64,000 nucleotides of DNA. It comes from Deltaproteobacteria bacterium. GTDB taxonomy: Bacteria; Myxococcota_A; Polyangia; Fen-1088. Location: positions 74,205-138,204 of the forward strand of contig JANRKS010000021.1 of NCBI GenBank assembly GCA_033763315.1, given 5' to 3'. How positions within the stretch are numbered: the first letter of the stretch is position 1; each line of letters starts with the position of its first letter. The translations under genes were made by a program, and so were the position numbers. This document shows, one piece after another, positions 52,958 through 61,800 of this stretch. The notes under the pieces were generated by a model. That model saw only the letters and a program-made list of their open reading frames with translations, searched no databases and was not told where the DNA came from.

Positions 52958-53920
52958 ATGAAGATTGTGTTGCTTGATGCCTTCACAGCTGATCAAGGGC
53001 GCTCGCCGTGGCCGGGTTTGCAGAACCTCGGTACCGTTGCCAACCACCCGCGCGTGGGCAACGCCGACATCGCTTCGCTTTGTGCGGGCGCAGAAGCGAT
53101 CATCACAAATAAGGCGGTGATCACAGCCGATGTCATGCAGCGTTTGCAGCCCACGTTGCGCTACGTGGGCGTCAGCGCCACAGGCACCAACATCGTGGAC
53201 GTGGCAGCGGCACGCAAACTCAACATCGCGGTCACAAACGTGCCGGGCTATTCGTCGCCCTCGGTGGCACAGCTCACGATCGCGCTCATGCTCTCGCTGT
53301 CGCTCGATGTGGCCGGTCACGCCAGCGCCGTCAAAGGCGGCGCGTGGGCCAGCAGCCCCGACTTCTGCTTCTTTTTGCGGCCCCTCCCCGAGTGGTCAGG
53401 CAAAACGATCATGATTGTTGGCCTGGGTGCCATCGGACAAGCTGTGGCCACCGTGGCGGAGGCGCTAGGCATGCGTGTCTTGGCCGCCGCCGTGCCAGGC
53501 GCCCCCGAGAAATCTGGGCGCGTGCCGTTGCTGGAGAACCTTCGGCATGCGGATGTGGTGAGCCTGCATTGCCCATTGACCCCCGCCACAGATCGCTTGG
53601 TCAATAAAGCCTTTCTCAACGCGATGAAGCCGGGCGCTTTATTGCTGAACACCAGCCGCGGCGGCTTGGTGGATGAAGCCGCGCTGTTGGACGCCCTCGA
53701 CGAAGGGCACTTGGGCGGCGTTGGCCTCGATGTGCTTGGCACCGAACCACCAGCCCCCGATCATCCGCTGCTCAACAGCCACGCCCCCTGGGCGCCACGC
53801 GTCCTCGTGACGCCGCACCTTGGTTGGGGCACCGAAGAAGCGCGCGCCCGCTTGCGCCAAGAAGTGGTTCTGAACCTCGAAGCCTTCACCAAAGGTGAAC
53901 GCCGCAACCGCGTGGACTAA
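52958..53920 (+). CDS. D-2-hydroxyacid dehydrogenase (glycerate dehydrogenase-like)
   Basis: ATGTNIVD, VTNVPGYS, GLGAIG, VSLHCPLT, NTSRGGLVDE, TPHLGW. Confidence 0.9.
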   Translation: MKIVLLDAFTADQGRSPWPGLQNLGTVANHPRVGNADIASLCAGAEAIITNKAVITADVMQRLQPTLRYVGVSATGTNIVDVAAARKLNIAVTNVPGYSSPSVAQLTIALMLSLSLDVAGHASAVKGGAWASSPDFCFFLRPLPEWSGKTIMIVGLGAIGQAVATVAEALGMRVLAAAVPGAPEKSGRVPLLENLRHADVVSLHCPLTPATDRLVNKAFLNAMKPGALLLNTSRGGLVDEAALLDALDEGHLGGVGLDVLGTEPPAPDHPLLNSHAPWAPRVLVTPHLGWGTEEARARLRQEVVLNLEAFTKGERRNRVD

Positions 53921-55407
53921 CCCGCGAGCAGTCGTGCTTCGGCGGCCGCGTATTGGCGGCGCGTGCTTTCGGAGAAGCGTGTGGGATCAGTTGTAAAGCG
54001 GCGCAGCGAAACACACTCACGAACGTGGGTACGCGCCTCCGCGAGGCCGGCGAATTGGCCCGCCGCGATCGCCTGCACCATCACGTTGCCGCCCGCGGTG
54101 GCTTCCACGGGCCCCGCCAACACGGGTTTGCCTGCAGCGTCTGCCGTCGCTTGGTTTAAGTAATCATTCTGGCAGCCACCACCCACGATTTGAATGCCGG
54201 CCACCGTTTGCCCCGTGAGGCGTTCAATGATTTGCAGCACGCGCGCGTAGCGCAGGGCCAGCGAATCCAAGATCACCTTCGTCATCGCCGCGGGCGATTC
54301 CGGCACGGTTTGACCCGCTTCGGTGAGCTGCGTCGACAGCGCCGCCAACATACTCTGCGGGTTAAACAACCGTTGATCGTCCGGGCACACCACGGGCCCT
54401 TGCACGGGCAACGCCGCCACTTGCTCAAGCAATGTGCCGTATGCCACGTCGCGGTTTTGCGCCTGCCACTCTTTGCGGCACGACTCAAGCAACCACAAGC
54501 CCATCACGTTCTTCAAGAACCGAATGGTGCCGTAAGCGCCGCCTTCATTCGTGAAGTTTTCACGGGCGACATCGGCATTGATCAGAGGTTGATCGCGTTC
54601 AACGCCCACCAACGACCACGTGCCCGACGAGATATAAGCCCATCCCGCTTGCAACGGGGCGCCCACCACCGCGCTGCCCGTGTCATGCGTTGCCGGCGCC
54701 ACCACACGCACGCCCTGCAGCCCCAACGAAGTCGCGAGTTCAGGGCGCAAACCACCAAGATCGGCACCCGAGGGCACAATCTCAGGCAACATGCCTGCCG
54801 GCAAGTCAAGCAGCCGAAGCAGATCCGGATCCCACGTGCCCGTCTGCGCGTTCACCATCTGCGTCGTGGTTGCGTTCGAGTACTCAATCGCCACTTTACC
54901 GCAAAGATGGTGATGAATCAGATCCGCCATCATCATCAGGCGTTGCCCACGCGCAGGCAGCCCTGCCCTGCGGTGCGCGTGCAGTTGAAACAGCGAATTG
55001 AACACCAAAAATTGAATGCCGGTGCGTGCAAACACCTCACTTCGAGGCAGACGCGCAAACACCGCCGCCATCTCATCCGCCGTACGATCGTCGCGGTATG
55101 TGATGGGATCCTCCACCAGCGCGCCATGCGCGTCGATGAAGCCATAATCAACGCCCCAGGTATCCACGCCCACGCTGCGAATGGGCCGGCCCAAGGCTTT
55201 GGCAGCCACGGCCGCTTGGCCGAGACCCAGTTCGATCTCGGCCAAGATGTGGCCAAACGGCCAACGCAGGTGGCCGTCGCGCTTTTCCATTGGGTACGTG
55301 AACCGGCGAATCTCATCTAAACGAAGTTCGCCGGGAGCCATACCTGCCAACATCACGCGCCCACTGCCGGCGCCAAGGTCGACTGCAACGTAAAGCGCGT
55401 TGTTCAC
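53917..55407 (-). CDS. rhaB: Rhamnulokinase
   Basis: AVDLGAGSGR, GVDTWGVDYG, YRDDRT, HDTGSAV, ISSGTWSLVG, FTNEGG, FLKNVMGLW, GPVEATA. Confidence 0.92.
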   Translation of the reverse strand: MNNALYVAVDLGAGSGRVMLAGMAPGELRLDEIRRFTYPMEKRDGHLRWPFGHILAEIELGLGQAAVAAKALGRPIRSVGVDTWGVDYGFIDAHGALVEDPITYRDDRTADEMAAVFARLPRSEVFARTGIQFLVFNSLFQLHAHRRAGLPARGQRLMMMADLIHHHLCGKVAIEYSNATTTQMVNAQTGTWDPDLLRLLDLPAGMLPEIVPSGADLGGLRPELATSLGLQGVRVVAPATHDTGSAVVGAPLQAGWAYISSGTWSLVGVERDQPLINADVARENFTNEGGAYGTIRFLKNVMGLWLLESCRKEWQAQNRDVAYGTLLEQVAALPVQGPVVCPDDQRLFNPQSMLAALSTQLTEAGQTVPESPAAMTKVILDSLALRYARVLQIIERLTGQTVAGIQIVGGGCQNDYLNQATADAAGKPVLAGPVEATAGGNVMVQAIAAGQFAGLAEARTHVRECVSLRRFTTDPTRFSESTRRQYAAAEARLLAG

Positions 55408-55410
55408 GAC

Positions 55411-56709
55411 TTAAACGATCCCCGAACCACCGCGGCCCGAAGAAGGACGCTCTTCTGCCTTGTGCTGGCGGTAGCCGCTGGCGCGGTACGTGGCCACAGG
55501 ATCCACGGCACCACCCGAACGCTTGCGTGACATGCCAAGGATGGGCGTCACGTCGGTGTTGAACGCCTTCTTCAGCGTGGCCAGCGCGCCGATCGCATCG
55601 CACTTGTCTTGCGCTTCGGCCAAAGCCACACGGTCCACCAACAGCGCTTGGGTGTAAGCGCGCACGATCTCATTCGTGCTGGAAAGCAATGATTCGATCG
55701 GATCCGTCACGTTGTGAGATTGGTCGATCATGTATGCCGGATTGAAGTTCGGCACCTTCGATTGGGCCGCATCAACCAACTCGTTGAACACCAAAAACAA
55801 TTGGAACGGCTTGATCGAGCCCGAATCCAAATCGTCATCGCCGTACTTGCTGTCGTTGAAGTGAAAGCCCGCCAGTTTGCCCGCTTGAATCAAGCGCGCC
55901 ACGATCATTTCAATGTTCACGTTCGGCGCGTGGTGGCCAAGATCCACCAGGCACGCGGCCTTGGGGCCCAGCTTCTCGGCGCACATAAAGCTTGTGCCCC
56001 AGTCGTTGATCACGGTGCTGTAGAACGATGGCTCGAACAACTTGTGCTCGAGGAACACGCGCCAATCAGCAGGCAGAGCCTTATAGATTTGCGCCGTGCT
56101 TTCCAGGTAGCGTTCAAGCGACTTGCGGAAGTTGTGTTGGCCGGGGAAGTTGCCACCGTCGCCGATCCAAACCGTCAGGGCCTTCGAGCCCAACGCGGCG
56201 CCCAGCTCGATGCACTCAATGTTGTGCGCCACAGCTTGCGCACGCACCGCTGGATCGGGATGGGTCAGGCTGCCGAACTTGTATGAAAGTTTTTGATCGG
56301 CCTGATCTTGGAACGTGTTGGAGTTCATGGCATCGAAGCCAAGGCCAAGCGCGGCGGCTTGTTCCTTCATGGCTTTGATGTCCTTGGGCTTGTCCCAAGG
56401 AATGTGCAGCGACACGGTGGGTGTGTTGCGGCTCAGCTTCTGCACCACGCCACAGTCGGCCAGCTTCTCGTCAACGTTGCGAGGCTCGCCTACGCCCGGG
56501 AAACGCGCAAAGCGGGTGCCACCCGTGCCCACGCCCCAGGACGGCAACGCCACACCGAACGCTTGTGCTTCGCCCACAATCTTCTCAATGTCGATGTTGC
56601 GGCGGGCCAGTTGGCTGCCCAAATGCGCAAAGTCGGCGTTGAGCTCGCTTTCGAGTTTCTTGTTTTGGTCGGCAATGAAGCTGTCGCTGATCTCAAATGG
56701 AGCTGCCAT
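55411..56709 (-). CDS. rhaI: L-rhamnose isomerase (RhaI type)
   Basis: PSWGVGTGGTRFARF, LHIPWD, NSNTFQD, EHKLFEP, DLGHH, FHFNDSKYGDDDL, MIDQSHN. Confidence 0.92.
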   Translation of the reverse strand: MAAPFEISDSFIADQNKKLESELNADFAHLGSQLARRNIDIEKIVGEAQAFGVALPSWGVGTGGTRFARFPGVGEPRNVDEKLADCGVVQKLSRNTPTVSLHIPWDKPKDIKAMKEQAAALGLGFDAMNSNTFQDQADQKLSYKFGSLTHPDPAVRAQAVAHNIECIELGAALGSKALTVWIGDGGNFPGQHNFRKSLERYLESTAQIYKALPADWRVFLEHKLFEPSFYSTVINDWGTSFMCAEKLGPKAACLVDLGHHAPNVNIEMIVARLIQAGKLAGFHFNDSKYGDDDLDSGSIKPFQLFLVFNELVDAAQSKVPNFNPAYMIDQSHNVTDPIESLLSSTNEIVRAYTQALLVDRVALAEAQDKCDAIGALATLKKAFNTDVTPILGMSRKRSGGAVDPVATYRASGYRQHKAEERPSSGRGGSGIV

Positions 56710-56841
56710 GGTCAATCCTTGCGTGGTTTCTGAGGGACAAACGGTCGCGAAGTATACCCGAAGCTACACCCAATTCACTTGTCATTTCATGCAGACGCGG
56801 CGCACAGAGCCCCACGTTCAAGCATGGAAGTTCGTGCTGCG

Positions 56842-58092
56842 TTAGCGCTTGGGCGTAACGGCGGCGTAGTCCGTCCCGATGCGCACCTCGTCGATCGAGC
56901 CGCTGCCAGGATCTCTGCCAGGATAGAACGCCACTGATCTTACGGCTGCCAGCATCGCGGCCGGCTTCGTCATGGTGGCGGCCGGTGGGCTGCCCGCCAG
57001 CGAAGCCGGATTCAGATACAACGACACGCTGCTGCTGGCGCCGTTGTATGTGAGCGAGACCACGGCAAAGACCGTTTGGCCGGGCACCATCTGCACCGCC
57101 GTGGGAAAAACGTTCGCCGGTGTAGCGGAGTTGTCGAAACCCACGCGCAAACTCCAATAGGTCTTCCCGCTGACCACCGAAGCCGCGCCGAACACGCCCA
57201 CAGAGGCCGCCGGTGGAGCGGACGAGTCGCCGTCCCAATGCTCCGCATTCGACCCATGCAGCGCCCACACAAAATCAGTATCAGCGCTCGTGTTCTTGCG
57301 CAGCAAAGCGCTCGCCCACAGCGTGGTGCCGGCTTTGCCAATGCGGGTTCCGAGCGTATCGAGGTAAGCCCCGAACGGCCCACCGGCAGTGACATCGAGA
57401 CGAACCCCCGAGCCGAAATACATGTAACCGCCGTCGGCGTAATTGGGCGTCGACACGAGATTTGAAAACACCAACGGCGTGGTCGCCATGACGGCGTATC
57501 CGGGACTCACCACCGAATCGTTCTGCACGTTCCACCCAGCCTCGAACCCTGCGCCCAACGGGAAGTTGTCCAGAGGCCCCGGGGTGCCATCAAAGCTCGC
57601 GTAAGCCAGGACCTTACTTGTCGCGGCGGGAGATCCGCCCGTGCCCGGTGTTCCCCCGGTATTCATGCCGCCCGTATTGGGTGCGCCTCCCGTGTTTGGC
57701 GTGCCACCTGTGTTCATACCGCCGGTGTTTGCCATGCCACCGGTGTTCGCCATGCCACCGGTGTTCGGGACGCCACCTGTGTTTGCCATGCCACCAGTGT
57801 TCGAAGCGCCACCACTGTTCATGCCCCCAGCCCCCCCGGTCGCGACCGCGCCGCCGGCGTTGGCGAGCCCCCCTGTGCCGCTGCCACCAGAGTTGTTTCC
57901 ACCTTGGTCGCTTGCCCCGCCCTTTCCACCCGCACCGGTCGCCTTACCCCCGCCCCCACCGTTGGCCGATGCGCCGGCTTTTCCACCTGAATCACCCAGG
58001 TTGCCCACGGATTCAGATGTCGGGCCCCCGCATCGGGCTGCGGTCAACACAACAACGATCGACAAAAGCAGACCCAAATGCGTTCGTGTCAT
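56842..58092 (-). CDS. Exported (probable lipo)protein with a Gly-rich NTGG-repeat linker and a C-terminal beta-sandwich domain
   Basis: Hydrophobic signal ending LTAARC; Gly-rich tract; C-terminal domain ending IDEVRIGTDYAAVTP. Confidence 0.7.
   Translation of the reverse strand: MTRTHLGLLLSIVVVLTAARCGGPTSESVGNLGDSGGKAGASANGGGGGKATGAGGKGGASDQGGNNSGGSGTGGLANAGGAVATGGAGGMNSGGASNTGGMANTGGVPNTGGMANTGGMANTGGMNTGGTPNTGGAPNTGGMNTGGTPGTGGSPAATSKVLAYASFDGTPGPLDNFPLGAGFEAGWNVQNDSVVSPGYAVMATTPLVFSNLVSTPNYADGGYMYFGSGVRLDVTAGGPFGAYLDTLGTRIGKAGTTLWASALLRKNTSADTDFVWALHGSNAEHWDGDSSAPPAASVGVFGAASVVSGKTYWSLRVGFDNSATPANVFPTAVQMVPGQTVFAVVSLTYNGASSSVSLYLNPASLAGSPPAATMTKPAAMLAAVRSVAFYPGRDPGSGSIDEVRIGTDYAAVTPKR
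57635..57825 (-). repeat. Coding 15-18-bp repeats (xxNTGG x9)
   Basis: SNTGGMANTGGVPNTGGMANTGGMANTGGMNTGGTPNTGGAPNTGGMNTGG. Confidence 0.85.
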
Positions 58093-58270
58093 AGCTGGGC
58101 TCCGGTAAAGCGCCTACGGCGGGTTTGGTCAAACCGCCGCTTCCACCCCACCTGCCCCCAGCCAGAACGCGGCGTTGGACAGACCTAAGCTAGCACATAG
58201 CCAAGCAATGGTTTCCTGGCTGTTGCCAAAAAAATGTCAGGCCACAAACACTCACAAGCGACCACAACCG

Positions 58271-59317
58271 TCAGATCACCACCCATTTACGGGGCAAGAA
58301 ATACTCCTCGAACACCCGCAACGCGTAACGATCCGTCATGCCGGTGATGAAGTCAGCAATGGCGCGCGATGGCTCCTCCGTCTGAGAAATCCCGCGGGGC
58401 CAGTGTTTGGCCCGGAACTCATCCAGATGCGCGTGAAAGTATCCCCACAGCTCACTGATCACCCGCTGCGCGCGCTCAAACTCCATTCGAATCTCGGGCC
58501 GTTCATAGACCTGGGCGTAAAGGAAATCGCGCAGAGCGATGAGCGCGTTGAGCACATCATCGCTCATCCGAATCTGCCGCTTCTCTTCCAACTTCGACGT
58601 TTCCACGATGTCCATGGCCATCCGGCGGATGCGTTGGCTGTGGGTTTGCCCCAACACCTTCAAGATGTGCGGCGGCACATCCTCGTAATTCAGCATCCGG
58701 CCTCTCACGGCGTCGTCTAGATCGTGGTTCACATACGCCACGATGTCGCTGACCCGCACGATCTGCCCTTCCAGTGTCATGGACAATAGATTGGGATTGT
58801 CCGAAAGTATGTGGCCCTTGCCCTTCGAGTGCTTGAGAATTCCATCGCGCACTTCGGCGGTAAGGTTCAAGCCCTGCCCCTCGCGCTCCAGCACCTCAAC
58901 CACGCGCAGCGATTGCTTCACGTGGTGAAACCCTTGAGGCATCAGCTTGGCCAACACCTTTTCGCCCGCGTGGCCAAACGGCGTGTGCCCCAAATCGTGT
59001 CCCATCACGATAGCTTCGGTCAGGGTCTCGTTCAGCGCTAACGCACGCGTTACGGTGCGCGCAATCTGGGCCACCTCTAAGGTGTGGGTCATTCGCGTAC
59101 GGTAATGATCCCCCTCGGGAGCCAAAAACACCTGCGTTTTGCCGCCCAAGCGGCGGAACGCCTTACAATGCAGAATGCGATCGCGATCTTGCTGATAGAT
59201 CGTTCGCATATCATCCAAAGGCTCGGCGCGATCGCGCCCCTTGCTGCTGTCACTGAATGCGGCAAACGGCGAAAGCACCTGCCGTTCGGCCAGCTCGAGA
59301 CGTTGGCGAATGTTCAT
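58271..59317 (-). CDS. dgt: Deoxyguanosinetriphosphate triphosphohydrolase-like HD protein
   Basis: DRDRILH, FRRLGGKTQVF, RTRMTHTLEV, HDLGHTPFGHAGE, DFITGMTDRYA. Confidence 0.92.
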   Translation of the reverse strand: MNIRQRLELAERQVLSPFAAFSDSSKGRDRAEPLDDMRTIYQQDRDRILHCKAFRRLGGKTQVFLAPEGDHYRTRMTHTLEVAQIARTVTRALALNETLTEAIVMGHDLGHTPFGHAGEKVLAKLMPQGFHHVKQSLRVVEVLEREGQGLNLTAEVRDGILKHSKGKGHILSDNPNLLSMTLEGQIVRVSDIVAYVNHDLDDAVRGRMLNYEDVPPHILKVLGQTHSQRIRRMAMDIVETSKLEEKRQIRMSDDVLNALIALRDFLYAQVYERPEIRMEFERAQRVISELWGYFHAHLDEFRAKHWPRGISQTEEPSRAIADFITGMTDRYALRVFEEYFLPRKWVVI

Positions 59318-59355
59318 TTCGCCTTACCGTACACGACCTGGCCGCGTGGTCTAAA

Positions 59356-60144
59356 TTATGGCGCTCCCACGGGTTCAGCCGCCGTCGCTTGGTAACGCAT
59401 CTTCTGGGCGCCGCTCATGTCGATGATGCCAACGAAGTTGAGCAGCTTCATCACTTGATACGTGGTGTCCAACTCCCACCAACGGGCCGCGAAGTTTGGA
59501 CTCATGGGGAACTTGTGGTGGTTGTTCTGGTACAGCTCGCCGGCTGTAAGAAAGTCGATAGGTAACGAATTGCGCGACACATCTTTCACATCAAAGTTGC
59601 GGTAACCGTAACGGTGGCCCGACCAGTTAACGATGGCACCGTGCACGGCGCCCATCAGCCAATGCCCTGGCAGCAAAAGCCATTGCCATGCAGCTGTGGC
59701 GAAGAAGTAATAGAAGACCGCAAAACCAAGCGCCCAAATCACGCGCATGGCCCAGCTCTTACCCATCCAATCAAGAAACGGAGAATGCGGGAACTCGCCG
59801 TCGAAGCGTGGCTCAGGCGCCACCTCGTGGTACGCGATCCCGTGGTAGATGCGCTTGGTCTTGTACATCATCTTGAACAGACCGGGCACAATGCCGCCGT
59901 ATGTCTTCGGCGAATGCGGATCCCCGGGCGTATCGCTGTAGGCGTGGTGCATGCGGTGCAAAACCGCGTACCCGCGTGGGTTCAAATAGCTCGAGTTTTG
60001 CGTGATTGCCGTCAGCGCGTTGAAGAAACGCTCCCAGCCCTTCGACATGGAGAATTGGCTGTGAGCGCCATACCTGTGAAGGAAAAAACTTTGGCAAAAG
60101 ACGGACAGTTGCCACTGCACAATGAAAAGCCAGACGACGGTCAT
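59356..60144 (-). CDS. Acyl-CoA (delta-9-type) desaturase
   Basis: His boxes HRYGAH, HRMHH, NNHH; DPHSP; GYRNFD. Confidence 0.88.
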   Translation of the reverse strand: MTVVWLFIVQWQLSVFCQSFFLHRYGAHSQFSMSKGWERFFNALTAITQNSSYLNPRGYAVLHRMHHAYSDTPGDPHSPKTYGGIVPGLFKMMYKTKRIYHGIAYHEVAPEPRFDGEFPHSPFLDWMGKSWAMRVIWALGFAVFYYFFATAAWQWLLLPGHWLMGAVHGAIVNWSGHRYGYRNFDVKDVSRNSLPIDFLTAGELYQNNHHKFPMSPNFAARWWELDTTYQVMKLLNFVGIIDMSGAQKMRYQATAAEPVGAP

Positions 60145-60467
60145 TCGCGGGGACTATGGCCGACTTGTAGGGGAAAAAGGGAAAGAATCGGCGTTTGTCG
60201 GTAAAAAAGAGTGGCATTGGGGCCCGAGTTCGGAGGCGTGGGTGGGGGCGAAACATGCCCAATCGGTCCCAATAGCTCGACCACTTCCGTAGCCTTAGGT
60301 AACGTAAGCTGCACAGCAAGTGGCGGCCCTCACACGAACGGATCGCCACAATCGTGACGTCCCACGGTTGCCAGCCGCCTTTCGATGGGCATGGCAAGGG
60401 GCGCGACCAGTAGGACGCCGTGGCATCGTTTGTGCACCGTACATCCATCATCGGGAGGCGCCCCCCA

Positions 60468-60881
60468 ATGATGATGCATCACCACGCCAACGCCGCCACA
60501 GGCAACCACCTTCACATATTGCTGGCCGACGACGACGATGATCTGCGCACCCTCATACGAGACTGCCTTGAGCAAGAAGGATGGGTGGTGCATGAGGCCA
60601 GCAGCGGCCTCGATTTGCTGGATCTCCTCACGAGCAGCCAGCACTTCGATTTGGTGGTCAGCGACATGCGCATGCCGTGGCTATCCGGTTTACAAGTCGC
60701 CACCGCTGTACGCCGCAATGGCAGCCCCATTCCCTTCGTCATCATGAGTGCGTTCGGCAGCCGCGAGGTGCGGGAAAGTGTGGCCGCCTTGCCCGCGTCT
60801 GTGTTCATCCAAAAGCCCTTCGCGCCCGAACAGCTCTGCGCGTTGGTGGTTGCCACACTGGATCAATCGCAAGGCAAGTGA
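60468..60881 (+). CDS. Single-domain response regulator (receiver)
   Basis: ILLADDD, DLVVSDMRMP, MSAF, QKPF; GGAGG RBS upstream of ATG 60468. Confidence 0.88.
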   Translation: MMMHHHANAATGNHLHILLADDDDDLRTLIRDCLEQEGWVVHEASSGLDLLDLLTSSQHFDLVVSDMRMPWLSGLQVATAVRRNGSPIPFVIMSAFGSREVRESVAALPASVFIQKPFAPEQLCALVVATLDQSQGK

Positions 60882-60978
60882 GCTTTCGCGGGGCCTCTTC
60901 TGTGAGGTTTCCCCCAGGGCAATCTGCATTTTATGATTGACTTCCGTCATATCTTTATGCAAGGTATCGCTCATAAAC

Positions 60979-61755
60979 GTGAAGGTCCCGTTGCACATTG
61001 TTCAGGCCCGCCGCGAGCGTTTGGCGCAGATGCTGCGAGAGCACTCGTATCTGCCGCTTGGCCAGGTGTGCGCTCGTTTGGGCATCAGCGAGGCCACGGC
61101 CCGCCGCGATTTGGTGGCCTTGGAGCAGACACAGGCGATCACGCGCACCCGCGGCGGGGCGATCTCCGAGTACAACCGTCGGTTTCCATCGTTCCGCGAT
61201 CGTTTAGAGACGGGCACCTCAAGCAAGCAACGCATCGCTTCGGCTGCGCACAAGCGCATCTGTGCGAACCAGGTGGTGTGGTTCGATGGTGGCACCACCT
61301 GCTACGCGCTGGCACAGGCTTTGGCAGCGCAACCGGTGGCGGGTTTAACTGTGGTCACAAACAATCTGCCAGCCGCGGAGTTGTTGGCCGATCACGAAGA
61401 GATCGCGGTGCATCTGTTAGGCGGCCAATACTTTCGTCGCAGCTCTATCTTGGCCGGCGGTCACGCGCTCGACGCTGTCAAGGCGTGGCGTTTTGACGTC
61501 GCCTTTCTGGGGGCGGAAGGCCTAACGCATGAAGGGCTTTGGAACTCCGTGGGAGATGTGGTGGCCTTGCAACGAGCCGTGGCCGGGGCTGCAGCGGAAA
61601 CCATCTTCTGCTTGGACGCGGATAAGGTCGGCAAACAAGCGCCGGAGTTCTTGTTGCCACTTTCTGAAGTGCACCAACTGTTGACCGACGCCACCGCAGC
61701 CACATTGGCCGCGGCCGGCGTGAAATTGAAAAGAAAAGCGCTGGTGGCCGCTTAA
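60979..61755 (+). CDS. DeoR/GlpR-family regulator, probable rhamnose regulator
   Basis: ISEATARRDL, RTRGGA, FDGGTT, VVTNNL, LLGG; directly upstream of the rhamnulose-phosphate aldolase gene. Confidence 0.88.
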   Translation: MKVPLHIVQARRERLAQMLREHSYLPLGQVCARLGISEATARRDLVALEQTQAITRTRGGAISEYNRRFPSFRDRLETGTSSKQRIASAAHKRICANQVVWFDGGTTCYALAQALAAQPVAGLTVVTNNLPAAELLADHEEIAVHLLGGQYFRRSSILAGGHALDAVKAWRFDVAFLGAEGLTHEGLWNSVGDVVALQRAVAGAAAETIFCLDADKVGKQAPEFLLPLSEVHQLLTDATAATLAAAGVKLKRKALVAA

Positions 61756-61800
61756 CACGCGGTCACTTCACAGTTTCGAGAAACAACAAGGAGACACAAC

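Noticed and set aside
54190-55320. 376-aa + strand ORF
   Set aside because: Antisense shadow of rhaB; no recognisable domain.
58117-58139. Hairpin CGGCGGGTTTG-GT-CAAACCGCCG downstream of dgt as a terminator
   Set aside because: Imperfect stem and no convincing U-tract on the - strand; not supported well enough to call.
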